A stretch of 64,000 nt of DNA, taken from contig NC_058382.1 in the NCBI RefSeq assembly GCF_018350175.1, positions 55,554,001 to 55,618,000 of the forward strand, written 5' to 3'. Positions 1-12,658 of this stretch are shown here, one piece after another (within the stretch, counting starts at the first letter, position 1; every line of letters starts with the position of its first letter). The DNA is from Felis catus. Its lineage: Eukaryota. The translations under genes and the position numbers were made by a program. The notes beneath the pieces are model-generated. The model did not search any database. It was not told the origin of the DNA and saw nothing but the letters and a program-made list of their open reading frames with translations.

Positions 1-1149
1 AAATAAATGACCCAAAATGTTAATCAAGTGCTTGTTTTAGGTGAACCAACAGGTCTCACATAGAATAGGAATTATGAGCCAAAAGCCAGAATTACCACTC
101 ATTTGTAGGTCCCTGTGCCAATGTATATATTTTTTTCCTTTATTGGAAACTTAATCAGTATATTTGAAAATCCTATTCATTGGAAGTCACTTCAATCCAT
201 AATTGAGCCAATATGTTTTGTAATTAATATAGATACAAAGCAAAACTAGATTTTTAAAATATTTAACTTGACTTTATCAAATTGATACTATATCAGATTC
301 AGGTCTCAGACATTAGCTTGTGATGAAGTATCCTTTTCAGACACTCACTGTTATCTGTGTCAGTGCTTTTAATAATCTCTTACAAGTGCAGCCAGAGTAG
401 GCTCATCTCTCAGGACGTCTGCCCTCTTTAGTGTGGGCCCTGGCCATTAGGGCTTAGGAAGCTCGGCTGTGACACAGTCACATTCTACCCATTTATTGCT
501 GTCCTTGCCTGTCAGCCTTCTGACAGGGGTGGGTTTGTCACTCTATGAGCTGGCTCCTCAAGTGACATTTAGCCATAGTGGCTTACATTGGTCTTCAGAC
601 ACCTAGAATCTGGCCTAATTAACAAGGCCACCCACACCCCTCCCATCTCCTCCCCAGGAGCCTCCCACAAAGACCAACTTTGGAGTGAGTTTAGTGCTAA
701 ATTCTTAGCTCGGAACCCTGGCTTTTGATTCTGGCTCCTTGTTATGCAGGGAGGGGACTTAGCGTTAAGGAGATGAAAACAAATCTGACTGTCTGGGAAG
801 ATGAGATCCAGAGTTGCTGGGCCCAGAGACAGAGTCAGGTATGGGCAGGGGGCCTGTCAGGGGAACCTGAGTAGGAAGGGGAGGAAGTGGGCGTGGCGGT
901 GGTTATAGCAGGGTTTTAGTGGTGGGCAAAGCAGATAAATGCAATTACCGTAAACTCGTAAATGTGGCCGTTCTCATTGCAGACTTGTGATCCACAAATG
1001 GAGGGGTGTCTAGGAGACAGGAGAGTGTGCTGGTTCCATCAGTAATATGTGACTTGATAAGGCTCCTTAGAGGCAAGCTCAAATGGATTGATAGTGAAAT
1101 ACAATCTTATTGGTAATAAAAGGAACCTGGCCATTATTGAGATGTATGC

Positions 1150-1410
1150 TTAATGATCAGTTAAACCTTATGATGATGTACTTAATTCTGATTTGAGAGA
1201 GGGTATTTCGCCAGGGTATGAAAGAACGTATGAATATATCAAAGTGCTTATTTTCCCTCTTTTGGTTTTGGGGATAAGAGGACATTGCATTCAAGTTGAA
1301 AAATACCCCTGTACTCATGTTGTTGAAAAGAAAGGGCTATTTCATTGCTATGGATGGGGTTGGAGTCTCTATCCTCAAATAGAAGAACTAAGGCAGTCAA
1401 CAGCATAAAA
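1150..1410 (+). mobile_element. Possible ancient CR1/L3-like LINE ORF2 C-terminal remnant
   Basis: ORF 1193-1408 contains IRGHCIQVEK...KKGLF...W, loosely like the CR1 C-terminal TRGH..KL...RK.FF...WN pattern; very degraded. Confidence 0.3.
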
Positions 1411-1614
1411 CAGATAGATACAGATAAAATATAGTTAGCTCTCAACTGTCTGTGTGTGGCTTACATTTTTGTAAGTTAACCTATGGCAAATGCATGCAAA
1501 TCTCTCATGGCTGATTGCAGATATGCACAGAATGGAATGCAAAGTTGTTGGTAAGTTAGATTAAGCCAAATGCAAAAGATGCAAAATTCATAATGAAAAA
1601 CAACTGGTTACTAA

Positions 1615-2240
1615 TAAATCCATTCTTTATTCAACAAATATTAAAGAGTACTTCCTGTATATCACATACTGGAAAAAACATACAGACTCTCTCAACTCGT
1701 GGAATGGACCCTCGGGTGCAGTGGAGATGACCCTACAGCAAAGAGTGATCAAGGAAAATAGTATCCAATAGTGAGACAGTGCCAGTGATTCTCAAAGGGT
1801 GGTCCTAGATTAACAGCATCAATGTAACATGGACGCTCGTTTGAAATGCAAATTCTCACAGTGCTCAGATCCACTGGAGACCAACCGAATCAGGAACTCT
1901 GGGGGAGTAGTCTAGGAATTTGTGTTTTAACAAGTTCTACAGGTCATTCTGATTGTCAAGGTTGAGAACCATGGCCCTGTGCACAGAAGTAACATTGCCA
2001 AATGTAGTTGAGAGTGCTCAGGTATTTCATTTGGATTGGGTGCTGAGGGAAGAGCTGACATTTAAGTCAAGATCTGAATGTCAGGAAAACCCATCCCTGG
2101 TTCCAGACAGAGGACAGAGACCCTATGTTGGGGATGTACGTGGCATATTTGAGGAGCAGAAAGGTTGATATGGCCAGAGCATAGCAGTCAAGGGGGAGAG
2201 GGGTTCAACTATGGCCAGAAGTATAGGCCAGGCTCAGATG
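1615..2240 (-). mobile_element. L2 LINE 3' fragment, interrupted by MER5A
   Basis: cattctttattcaacaaatatt...tacttcctgt start and gaggaagagctgacatttaagtcaagatctgaatg body are typical antisense L2. Confidence 0.55.
1783..1973. mobile_element. MER5A hAT-Charlie MITE
   Basis: cagtgattctcaaa ... gaaatgcaaattctc ... gaatcaggaactctggggg ... ttgagaaccatgg, with terminal inverted repeats. Confidence 0.8.
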
Positions 2241-2248
2241 GTGGTGGA

Positions 2249-2409
2249 CAGGGCTTCTCAGATTTAATGGGCATATGAATCACCCAGGGATTCTGCTAAA
2301 GTGAGGATTCTGGTTCAGTAGCTCTGTGGGTGAGGATTGAGACTGCATTTTAGCAGCCTGCATAATGCTTCTGCTGCCGGTCCACAGGCCACACTTGTGG
2401 TAGCAAGGG
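2249..2409. mobile_element. MER5B-like hAT MITE
   Basis: cagggcttctcagatttaatg..catatgaatcacc..gattctggttcagtag..ggtccacaggccacactt..tagcaagg. Confidence 0.7.
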
Positions 2410-3369
2410 TGTAGAGTTGTGCAATTGCAAAATGCAGTCCAATACCAAAGCTCTGTGGGTATGTGTATGGTGGGTTTGGTTTTATTTAAGTTTTCTCCTG
2501 GCTTATCAAGCTTTGACATACACTGAGGCATTGTTCAGTGAGGGGAAGGTTGATTGGATCAGGTTGTAATTGGGACACTTGGAAAGTTTTTGCAACTAAT
2601 TTAAAAATAGAGGGTATAGTTTAGTGCTTAGTGGCAGAATCTGGGTAGGTGTGGCTTGTCTGGACCTCAAGAGGGACAAAGGAAGGTTTGGTTCCTTCAA
2701 AACACACCTGTGTCATCCTCTCCCACTCAGGTGCTGTGCTTTTGGCATTCTTAAGCTGACCAATGGCGACTTCTCTTTATGCTGACTTTTGTTCAGGGTT
2801 TTTCTCCCTGCTCAACTCCTGCCTCAGTGGCCTTTGGACTATCTAATCCTTACCTTTCTCCCAAGTCTTAGCTTCCCATTAGTGGTCCAAATTGTGCAGA
2901 TATTTAGTTTGCCCTCCATCCATTAACTCCTTCTTTAGTACCAAGACCTTGAGATCTGCTGAGGGACATTCCCTCATGAGCCCAAGGCTGAGGACCTTCA
3001 GGTGAAGCCCTGTGCCCCAAAACTCTATCCACTCAAATTATGTTGGACCCACTGTGGGGACCCCTTGTGTTTCCTAGCCTCCTCCTATGTCCCTGCCAGA
3101 TTCAGCGTCCTACCTGTGCATCCCAGGGCATCTGACAATGATGTGTCCCTGATTGTTGGTGCCACTGGGGTTGTCCCCCTGTCCCTGCCACATGGTCTTT
3201 CCCATGGGCAATCTTGCCCTGGAAACTTTCTTCCTGGGAGTTAGTTTTTTTGCTCCTTTTGCTCTCTGCTGCCCTCTACTGGGTCTCAGGAGCCAGAGCC
3301 CTTCACCTTGCTCTACCTTGGAGCTCTTTTGTTGTGGGTACTAAGTACCCAGCAAAGTCCTCTTCCCAC

Positions 3370-3700
3370 ATTCGTTCTTTACTTTTCCTGCTCAGCAAAC
3401 ACTAGTGAGGATGTCCTATGTGCCTGGAACTGTACAAGGCTCTGGGACACAAAGGTGGACAAACAGCCCCTGTCTCTTAGGACCTCATTGTCTAGAGTTA
3501 AGACAGAAAGATAAATGACAGTTGGAACATGGCTTGAGAAGGGCCAGGTGAGAGAAAGGCACAAGAGGGATAGAGCTGGGAGGAAAGAAACCTTTGCATT
3601 GCTTGGGGAGGTACGAAAGGCTTCAGTGGAATTCGGGATTTGAGTGGGGTATTAAGGGATGGTCAGTAGTGGGCAGGTTGCTGGGGTCTCAGATTGATAG
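3370..3700 (-). mobile_element. L2 fragment
   Basis: cagcaaacac...tcctatgtgcctggaactgtacaaggctctgggacacaaaggtg. Confidence 0.5.
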
Positions 3701-4819
3701 ATTAGGAGGGATAGAAAGGATACTAGAAATTACATTTTGGCTTACTTGATAATGAGCCATCCAGAGTGTTAGAGGACAGTGTCATAGATCATTTAAATTC
3801 ATATTATCTTTGCCTTGAGGTTTAAGCACTAGGGTCTTTTTATAATCCTGCTGCCTTGTATTTAAGCATATAAAAAGACACACACAAAAAGAAGCACCAG
3901 GGTTTTCCTGTTTAAAATTAGGCCCAAACCCCACAAACAACCAAACAACCGAATAAATAATACACCCACAGAAAACCAAAGCAATAAAAATCTCTTAAAG
4001 AAAGAAATAGGTTTCCATGAATTTCTATATTTTTTGAAGAGAGAGATTGTATGCTTAGTCTCTCCTAAAAGCTGAGGAATAGTTTCACTTTTATATTATA
4101 TGAATTTCTGTGATATATACGAAATAAGAACAGTAAATACATTATCCTCAGAAAGATGTTTTGTTCCTGTTGCTGGTGAAAAAAATTAGCTCACTAACAC
4201 TTCACCCCCCCTCCCCCAATTTTGCTATTCTTTCACTGGAGTGCTGCTCATCAAGATAACTGACAGCTTCAATTGTTATTTGTAAAACTGTTGACATTCA
4301 GGCTGGGCATCCTGCCTGCAAAATGGTACAGGCTGAGGATGAATAGTAAGTTAAGGAGCCTGCCTACCTCTCCTCCTCTCCCAGTGCCCTTAGCAGGAGG
4401 TACAGTAAACAGCATCTGGCTTAGTAATGTAAATGGGGAGGCATTGGAACTCCAAGGAAGATGAAGTTGTTACATCCTTATCTGGATAAAAGTTGAAAAT
4501 GGAGAATTCTCAGCTCACTGGTTATTGGAGCTCATGTCTCCTCATCAAGCACGGTCCTTGACTTACCTCTTTTTATGTCCCTGGTTCCTCTCATAGGATC
4601 TGGCTCATGGTAGGTGTTTTTTTAGAATGTTAGTATAATTGTGTTGAATTTTATTGCCCTTTGGACAGAAGTACCATCTTTATGTCTTCCTAGTTGGTAG
4701 CAGTCCTAGAAAAGAGTTTGCTTTGCTGAATATTCCATGGCACACACATAGACTTGTCACAGGAACTATGGAGGGGCCTTGTTTCTTTATACTCACTCAT
4801 TATGTTCCCTTTTCTGAAT

Positions 4820-5042
4820 TTTTTTTTATTAAAATTTTTTTAACTTTTATTTATTTTTGAGACAGAGAGAGACAGAGTATGAACGTGGGAGGGTCAGAGG
4901 GAGGGAGACACAGAATCTGAAACAGGCTCCAGGCTCTGAGCTGTCAGCACAGAGCCCGACGCGGGGCTCAAGCTCACAGACTGTGAGATCATGACCTGAG
5001 CCGAAGTCGGCCGCTTAACTGACTGAACCACCCAGGCGCCCC
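4820..5042 (-). mobile_element. SINEC (felid tRNA-derived SINE), full length
   Basis: Reverse complement of GGGGCGCCTGGGTGG head, CT-rich body and A tail; perfect 14-bp TSD TCCCTTTTCTGAAT at 4806-4819 and 5043-5056. Confidence 0.97.
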
Positions 5043-5559
5043 TCCCTTTTCTGAATATTCAGGCTGCCCCCGGTCCTTGACACAATCTTTCTAGTATGAT
5101 TCAGAAAGCCACTAACAGCCTTTGCCAGTCCTTCCTTAGGATTCATCTCTTTCCTGAAATAATTCATGAGTAACTGAGCTGTGACAACAAAGAGGAGACA
5201 GATAGATGTCAAGACAAACCATAGAAAAGTCTATTTCTCCTGGAGTATGAGTGCCCAGTGAAAGAAGTGTGACAAGAATTGAAGAGAAGACTCTTATGGA
5301 AAATCTGTACCCCAACTAGAAGGATAAAATAGTCTGAGGGATTGAGCTCACTACTCAAAGAGCCTCTTATACTTTTACAGTCATAGAATATGGGACTCAA
5401 GAGTCTTTAATAATCCAGTATTGAAAATTTGTGTTTTTTATGAATGGCATATTTGTATTGTTCAGAAAAAGATATTCTGATTTACTAAGGCTTAAAGAGA
5501 ATAGGGTTTTCTTTATTTTTTACCAAAGAAGTCTGGTAGTATTGGTTAAGTGGCTCAAA

Positions 5560-5910
5560 TATATCAAGACCTATCATCACTGCAGTTTTCCTGGACTTTC
5601 TTTGTTGCCTCTTTCTTCACAGTTGAAAGAAAGGTGCCATTGTGCTAGACCTGATGGTTGTATTCTGGGCAGGAAGAGGGGGTGAGAATGGTATTGCATG
5701 TTTGTGCCTTGTATAGGAAAGCAAAATTCTTCCAGAAGTTCTTCACATGCTTCCTTTTATATCTCTTTAGCCAGAACTGGATGCATAGGGCCTCCCCTAG
5801 TCATAAGAGGAGAGGATAAAGTGGAGACTGGATCCAGTGCTGTCATTGACAACACTGAGGGGCTGTTAGCAAGAAGGAGTTGGAGGTGTAGTCAGCGACA
5901 GCATCTATCA
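5560..5910 (-). mobile_element. Old MLT1 (MaLR) LTR fragment
   Basis: cttccttttatatctctttagccagaactgg...cccctag motif typical of MLT1J/K. Confidence 0.5.
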
Positions 5911-6552
5911 CAGATGGAGAAGCATATCAGTACTCAACACTGGTGGACAGAATATTTTTAAGAATACTTCACTATTCACATGACTCAAGCAAATTAATGC
6001 TAGGCTGTTATTGCCAATTATCATGCCCAATGGTTTGGCAGAATATAAAACAGATATGGGTTACCTGTTTTTGACCAGTCTGGGTACGTGCAAGTGGCTC
6101 TGATAGTCAGGTAAGGTTATCCTAGTGAGGTTTATTTGCATTATGAGACACGATATGCATTTTTGTGTGTTGTAATTCTATTACCTAGTGGTACTGAGCT
6201 TATATAATAGGCTCTTGGCGTTTGTCCTGAGACTTTGAAGAACCATCTCAGATTTATGAAAAACACTAGTGAACGACAAACTAACATCAAAATGCAGGCT
6301 CTGGCTCATTTACCACCTAAATGAGTTATTCCCCACACACTAGCTCACAGTGGGGGTGATTCAAATTAGTGCCTTAGCAAAATTACAAATTGCTATGTGT
6401 CATGGTCATCCAGGATCTCTCACAAATCATCAAAACCATGAATGTTAAATTTGCAGGTGGAATAATGCCTACTCTGCATTCTTCAAAATGCTTTCATATC
6501 ATCAGTGACATACAACATAATGTCAAGTTTTAGGTATTTAAGAAAATATTGA

Positions 6553-6768
6553 GGGGCACCTGTGTGGCTCAATCAGTTAAGTGTCTCTTAATTTTGGCTC
6601 AGGTCATGATCTCGAGGTTTGTGAGCCCCATGATGGGCTCTGTAATGACAGTGTGGAGCTTGCATGGGATTCTCTCTCTCCCTCTCTGTCTTCCCCATCC
6701 ACCCTCCCATACCATGTGCCCACTCTCTCTCTCTCTCTCTCAAAATAAATAAATAAGCATTAAAAAAA
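6553..6768 (+). mobile_element. SINEC, diverged
   Basis: ggggcacctgtgtggctcaatcagttaag...ctcaggtcatgatctc...(CT)n caaaataaataaat A tail; agaaaata flanks. Confidence 0.93.
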
Positions 6769-7177
6769 GAAAATACAGAAATGGCTACCATTTTACTATT
6801 TTCATTTATTAAGAAGTGATAAGAGGCAATTGTCCTCTTCTAACTGTGTCCTCAGATATTGTTCCATCTGACAGATGACCAGGTAGAAGTTTGAACTTCC
6901 TTTGCCTTAACAGGCTTGACTCTGTCCAGGTAGGGCAGTTGGGAGCCAGGGTCCTGCTTAACATAAATGACCATAGGATAGCTGGGTTTAGGCCTTAACA
7001 GAAGGGATGGTAGCCTGGAGGTAAAAGCGAAGCAGAGTAAGTGGGATTATCTAGGTCTGAAGAAAAATAGATGGTCAACATCAAGGAAAGGGCTGGGAAT
7101 TGGGCCCAGGATTCTCCCTTCCACCTTTCTCTCTGTGCTAGCCCATTGTCCCTCTCAGACTTTCTTCTTTTGTGTTT

Positions 7178-7374
7178 ACTTTTATTTTTAAAAAATGTTT
7201 ATTTTTGAGAGAGAGACAGACAGACAACACAAGCAAGGGAGGGGCAGAGAGAGGGAGACACAGAATCTAAAGTGGGCTCCAGGATCTGAGCTGTCAGCAC
7301 AGAGCCTGACAGAGGGCTTGAACTCACAAACCGTGAGATTGGACACCTAACTGACTGAGCCAACAAGGCATCCC
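7178..7374 (-). mobile_element. SINEC with internal deletion
   Basis: atgtttatttttgagagagag...cagaatctaaagtgggctccagg...ctgactgagccaacaaggcatccc. Confidence 0.92.
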
Positions 7375-8867
7375 TTCTTTTTTGTTTTTTAAACACCTCC
7401 CCTCATGGATGGCATTCTGGAAAAAGGAGTATGCTAGGGTGCCTGGGTACATATATCCATACTCACCCATACTCAGACTATACCTATCTATGTGTGTCTG
7501 TTGGTATTAGGCCAACAAAATTGCCAATATAATTATACTTACAAAAATGGCAAGTATATCAAAATATAACTGGTATTGTAATCACCAATTTTATTGTCTG
7601 AGATATACAGCAGCTCTACAGGAGTGGAAGTCCATATGTTAATTTAGGCATTCCCTTGGTTTTATACACAATGTTCTCTGGAAAACTTGTAGGAAGTGAA
7701 ATGTATAAGGTTTTAAATAAGATTACGTGTCTGTTTTGTTACCAGAGAACTAAAAAATATTCTAACATCTCTAATCACACCTTACCTTTTAGGCATTGTC
7801 ATCATTGATTCATACATTTTGTACATGTTCTTTCATTTTGTTATTTCCCTTCAGAACATAGCACAAGGTTGACCAGCTTGAAGTCAATGAGCATCTGATT
7901 GAGGCTAATGACTTATCACTTTCCGCAGGCCTAATGATTTCTCTCTTTGTCTCAGTTGCATTGAGTTAATAAGACCTCTGCTTCTTATCACGGTATCAGC
8001 ACTTTCATTGTTCTTTTCTCTGCTCATTTTGTAACCCAATAAGGAAAAAAATGCAATAAAATATTCATATAATTGTACAAACATTGCTTTATCTTCAGAA
8101 ATGAGATGCATCTGGGCAGCAGTGCTGCTGTGAAATAGCCAACCAAGTAGAGATGCAAAAAATTTCTTGTTTGTGGAGTTAAATCAATAAAGTATCAATG
8201 CATGGATTGCTTAGAAGTTGGATACATGGAAATGACACACACCTATCACAGTTTTATAGTTGGCCCTCAGGCATATATTGTGTGTCCGAAGCTGGGACCA
8301 GGAACCAGTACTCCAAACTAATGTTCTTTAATTTATTCAGCAAATTATTTATTGAACACCTGCTATTATATGCAAGATGCTGTTCTAGGTGGTAATATTC
8401 TGTCCCATGTGATCCTGAACTAGAGTCTTTAGTGACAGTCCTCTGATTCTAACTTGAGTTTCATCCTTGTAACCCCTCTAATTAGCTCTTTGTCTTTGTG
8501 TCTGATGTTTTCTACTCTGGTGCTGCTTTTGAAAGAAATTTTTGCTTGCAACATGTACCCACTTAGATTTTTCTGTTCTCTAGGAGTGGAAGCCAGGCCA
8601 TATCAGACTTTCAGCATCTCCATTAATGTGGCCACATTGCTCTGCAGTGTAGACAGGGAGCCTTGGAAGAATCTCTGTTGAGTAATGATGATAAATGTTT
8701 GCAGCCCCTATAGCCAAGCATTAAAATGTAGCACTCTCAAGTGATAACCAAATGGCAAGAGAAATTCTTTCCTGTTGTTCTACCTCTAGTCTCAACATTG
8801 TTTGGTCCGGTAGGAAAGAAACTTTCATGAAGTGGTGTGGAAAATGAGTTTGCTCTGTAAATGAGTC

Positions 8868-9007
8868 ACAGGTTGTGTTCTTAGAAGTAGGCACCGAGGT
8901 GGAGCTTAGTGTGAAGGATGTTTATTAGAAATCAACACCTATGGAAGGGAGGAGGAGGAAGCAAGGTTGGGTAGAGGAAAAAGTTGAACTGTGATATAGT
9001 CTCACAG
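8868..9007 (-). mobile_element. LTR16-like ERVL LTR fragment
   Basis: gtttattagaaatcaacacctatggaagggaggaggaggaagcaaggttgggtagaggaaaaagttgaactgtgat. Confidence 0.65.
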
Positions 9008-9009
9008 GC

Positions 9010-11846
9010 TGGGATAAAATATTTACAAAATATGTATCTGATAAATGACTTGTAGCCAAAATATACAGAGAATTCTTAAAGCTAAACAATAAGAAAACAA
9101 ACAACCAAATTAAAGAATCTAAACAATCACCTCACTAAGTAAGCGTATGAAAGTAAGTAAAGATAGTAAGGAGGCATATCAAAAGATGCTAAAACATCAT
9201 TTGTCATTAGGGAACTGCAAATTAAAAGAACAGTGAGATACCACTGCATACCTACAAACATGGAAAAAGAAAGCAAGAAGGAAAGAGAGAGAGAGAGAGA
9301 AAGCAAGAAAACAAGCAAGAAAGAAATTAAGAATAAAAAAGTCCTGATAGTACCAGTTGCTGGTAAGTATTCAAAGAAAGAAAAAGCCCTCATTTATTTC
9401 AGGTGAGAATGCAGAATGGTACTGTCACTTTGGAAGACAGGCTGCAAGTTTCTCACAAAGTTAAGCATAGTCTTCCCATCTACTCTAGGGATACACTCCT
9501 AGTTATCTCTCCAACTGATTTGAAATCTATGTCTACACAAAAGCCTGCTTATGAATTAAAAACATTTTTTTTAATGTTTATTTATTTTTGAGACAGAGAG
9601 AGACAGAGCATGAACGGGGCAGGGTCAGAGAGAGAGGAGACACAGGATCTGAAGCAGGCTCCAGGCTCTGAGCTGTCAGCACAGAGCCCGATGCAGGGCT
9701 TGAACTCACAGACTGTGAGATCATGACCTGAGCCAAAGATGGAAGCTCAACTGACTGAGCCACCCAGGCGCCCCCTGCTTATGAATTTTTATAGCAGCTT
9801 TATTCACAATTGCCCCAAACTGAAAACAACATGAATATCCTTCTGTAGTTGAATGGAGAGACCTTGGTGCGTCCATTCAGTGGACTATTATTCAGTGATA
9901 AAATGAAACAAGCTACCCAGACACAAAAAGACCTGAATCCATCTTAAATGCATATTGTTAAGCAAAGGAAGCCAGTCTAAAAAGGGCATATGTTGTTTGA
10001 TTTCAATTAAATGACATTTTGGAAAAAGTAAAGCTATAAGGACAATAAAAAGGTAAGTGGTTGCCAAAGGTCTGGGGAGATGGGAGTGTAGGTTGAGTAG
10101 GTGAAGCAGAGGAGATTTTTTAGGACAATGGAATTATTCTCTATAATATTGTAATTGTGACACATGACATTATATATTTGTCAAAACCCGTTGAACTTTA
10201 CCATAGAGAATGAATCTTCGTGTATGAAGATTAAAATCATGTAGGAAGTCAAGAGGAATCCCAGGATGTAACGCAGACTGTGATGAAACAATCTATCCAA
10301 CTGTATTGCAAATATATGAAGCAGCTTCACCGAAGGAGGGGTGGGGAGGAAAGGAGCTGACCTAAGAAACTTCAGAAATGAGTGGAATCTGTAAAACTAA
10401 GGGCAAGAGAAGCTTTACGTAAGCATTTTATTCTAGTTGATAAAGTTGTGTCTCATGGGAGCCTGGGTTAATGATTCTGATAATGCTGTACATTTCTACT
10501 GGAATTGAACAATTTGGTAGATGGATGGCGGGTGGTAGGAGCCAGGTTTCTTGATATTGGAGTAGAAGTTTACAAATAAACCAAAGGAGGAGGTGGCTAG
10601 AATGATCTATATGGTAGGGAATTAGAGCTGGAGATATCAGTACGAACTCCTGTTTAGCCTAACATAAATATGGATAGTCACATATAGACATATTTATAGA
10701 GATGTGTATATACCTGAGTTAGTGTCCACACATACATTTCCTTGCTTGTTTGGTTACCTGAGAGGGCCTAGCAGCAGCCCTTTCCCAGCCAATAGTAATG
10801 AGCAGATCTGGTATCTAGATCATGGTTTTTAATACCATTCTCCAATTACAAGAAATCAGATGTTCTAAGACTAAAGGCAGGAAATATTACCAGATGAGCC
10901 TGGAGCATCTCGTGATACTAGAAAGTAAGAAAGTGCTAAACAGACAAACAATCCCCCCCCTCATAGCAATGGGGATATGTCAAAGGGACATAGAAATTCC
11001 AAGCAGAGGAGCTTCCAATGGCCAAAGCTGGACCAATTTAATCAAGAAAATAGTACTGGATTACAACCCAAGGTATAAAATCAATATCTGTGTGTTCATA
11101 CTGATGCAAATAAATGATTAAATAAATAAGTAAAGGGGGGGAAAGAATACAGAAATATCCTATGCAAATGAAATTCAAATAATTGATGTGGATAATATCC
11201 CTTTAAGGATGTGGAAATAACTCTTGATTCCCATAGTGTAGGCTATGCATTGTGACTTCTTCCCAAAATAAAGTATGGAGAAGGTGGGATGGGGGGCAGT
11301 AACTTTGCAGTCAGAAATCTGACAAATACAACCTTAGTCAGATGATTAAAGCCAAAATCAACAGTATAACTGGCATTGTGTGTAGACTAGACTTGATAGG
11401 ACGTGCTGACAATAGCACTTAACCTCTGGGGTCTTCCTCCTCCAAACCCATAACCCTGGTCTTTTCATGAGAAAAATATCAGAAAGATTGCAAGTTTGGG
11501 ACATTGTACCAAGAAAACCTGACTAGCACTCCTCAAAACCATCAAAGTCATCAAAAACAAGGACATTATGAGAAACTGTCACAGCCCAGAGGAGCCTAGA
11601 GAGACATGACCACTAAATGTAATGTGGTGTCCTGGATGGGGTCCTGGAACAGTAAAAGGACATCAGGTAATCTGAATAGAGTACGCACTTTAGTAACAAT
11701 GTATGTATATTGGTGCATTAATTGTGATAAATGTGCCATATTAATGGAGGATGTTAGTAATAGGGGAAACTGTGAGGTTTATGGGAACTCTATACTATTT
11801 TGGAATTTTTCTGTAAATCTAAAACCGTCCTAAAATATAAAAGTTT
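9010..11846 (+). mobile_element. Old L1 (L1MC/L1MD lineage), ORF2 3' end plus long 3' UTR
   Basis: ORF2-end DNA (aaaatatttacaaaatatgtatctgataaa; gagaatgcagaatggtactgtcactttggaagacag) running into a 3' UTR that ends gggaactctatactat...ctgtaaatctaaaacc..ctaaaatataaaagttt. Confidence 0.9.
9558..9774 (-). mobile_element. SINEC inserted in L1
   Basis: Full element; 13-bp TSD CTGCTTATGAATT at 9545-9557 and 9775-9787. Confidence 0.97.
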
Positions 11847-12053
11847 GGGGCGCCTGGGTGGCGCAGTCGGTTAAGCGTCCGACTTCAGCCAGGTCACGAT
11901 CTCGCGGTCCGTGAGTTCGAGCCTTGCGTCGGGCTCTGGGCTGATGGCTCAGAGCCTGGAGCCTGTTTCCGATTCTGTGTCTCCCTCTCTCTCTGCCCCT
12001 CCCCCGTTCATGCTCTGTCTCTCTCTGTCCCCCCCCCCCAAAAATATATATAT
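11847..12053 (+). mobile_element. Young SINEC_Fc
   Basis: CpG-rich ggggcgcctgggtggcgcagtcggttaagcgtccgacttcagccaggtcacg; TSD ATATAAAAGTTT at 11835-11846 and 12054-12065. Confidence 0.98.
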
Positions 12054-12240
12054 ATATAAAAGTTTATTGTCAATTAAAAAATGCAGGGCACGCATTGTGG
12101 TGGGGACGGGGATGTGTAAGACATGACCCTGTCCTTAAAGAGCTAAAGTTTGCGAGTCCACAGGAGTGTGAAAATATAGTTTAGCGTTCAAGTCGGGAAA
12201 CAGATGCATAATCAGAAGGCTTTGGAAACCTGGAGTTTTA

Positions 12241-12340
12241 TTTTTATTTTATTTTATTTTATTTTATTTTATTTTATTTTATTTTATTTTGTTTTGTTTT
12301 GTTTTGTTTTGTTTTGTTTTGTTTTGTTTTGTTTATTTAT
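12241..12340. repeat. Compound (TTTTA)n(TTTTG)n microsatellite flanked by a direct repeat
   Basis: Read directly; flanks GAAACCTGG(A/G)GTTTTA at 12225-12240 and 12341-12356. Confidence 0.95.
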
Positions 12341-12658
12341 GAAACCTGGGGTTTTAGATTAATTGTCTGAAGACATCTATTCCACATCCTCTGAAATAGC
12401 CAATGTTCTTTCTAAAATTTCTGTGAATACCAGGTTTGGGGTGGCAATGACCTTCCTGTTTCTAGGTCTAGTTTTCTGTTGTGGATGAGATCATGGGCTT
12501 TCTTCTCCATCTGATGTCATGTGGGTCAGGAGCGAACGGTCAAGAAAGAATTCATGAGATATTTTTCAGTGCAACAAGGTGTTTTTATTAAAGCACGGGG
12601 ACCTTTGGGCAGAACATTGCTGTACAGGGATTTGTGAGGAGGGATTGATTACACACTT

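Noticed and set aside
1168..1191. ATGATGA...CTGA as possible C/D box snoRNA
   Set aside because: The boxes are only about 12 nt apart and there is no terminal stem.
9578..9763. Recurrent MAQSV...AQVMIS...GSVLTAQSLEPAS ORFs (also at 27314, 38242, 43318, 51201, 52518)
   Set aside because: All are SINEC translations, not a gene family.
11847..11925. tRNA-like A and B boxes
   Set aside because: They are the tRNA-derived heads of SINECs, not tRNA genes.
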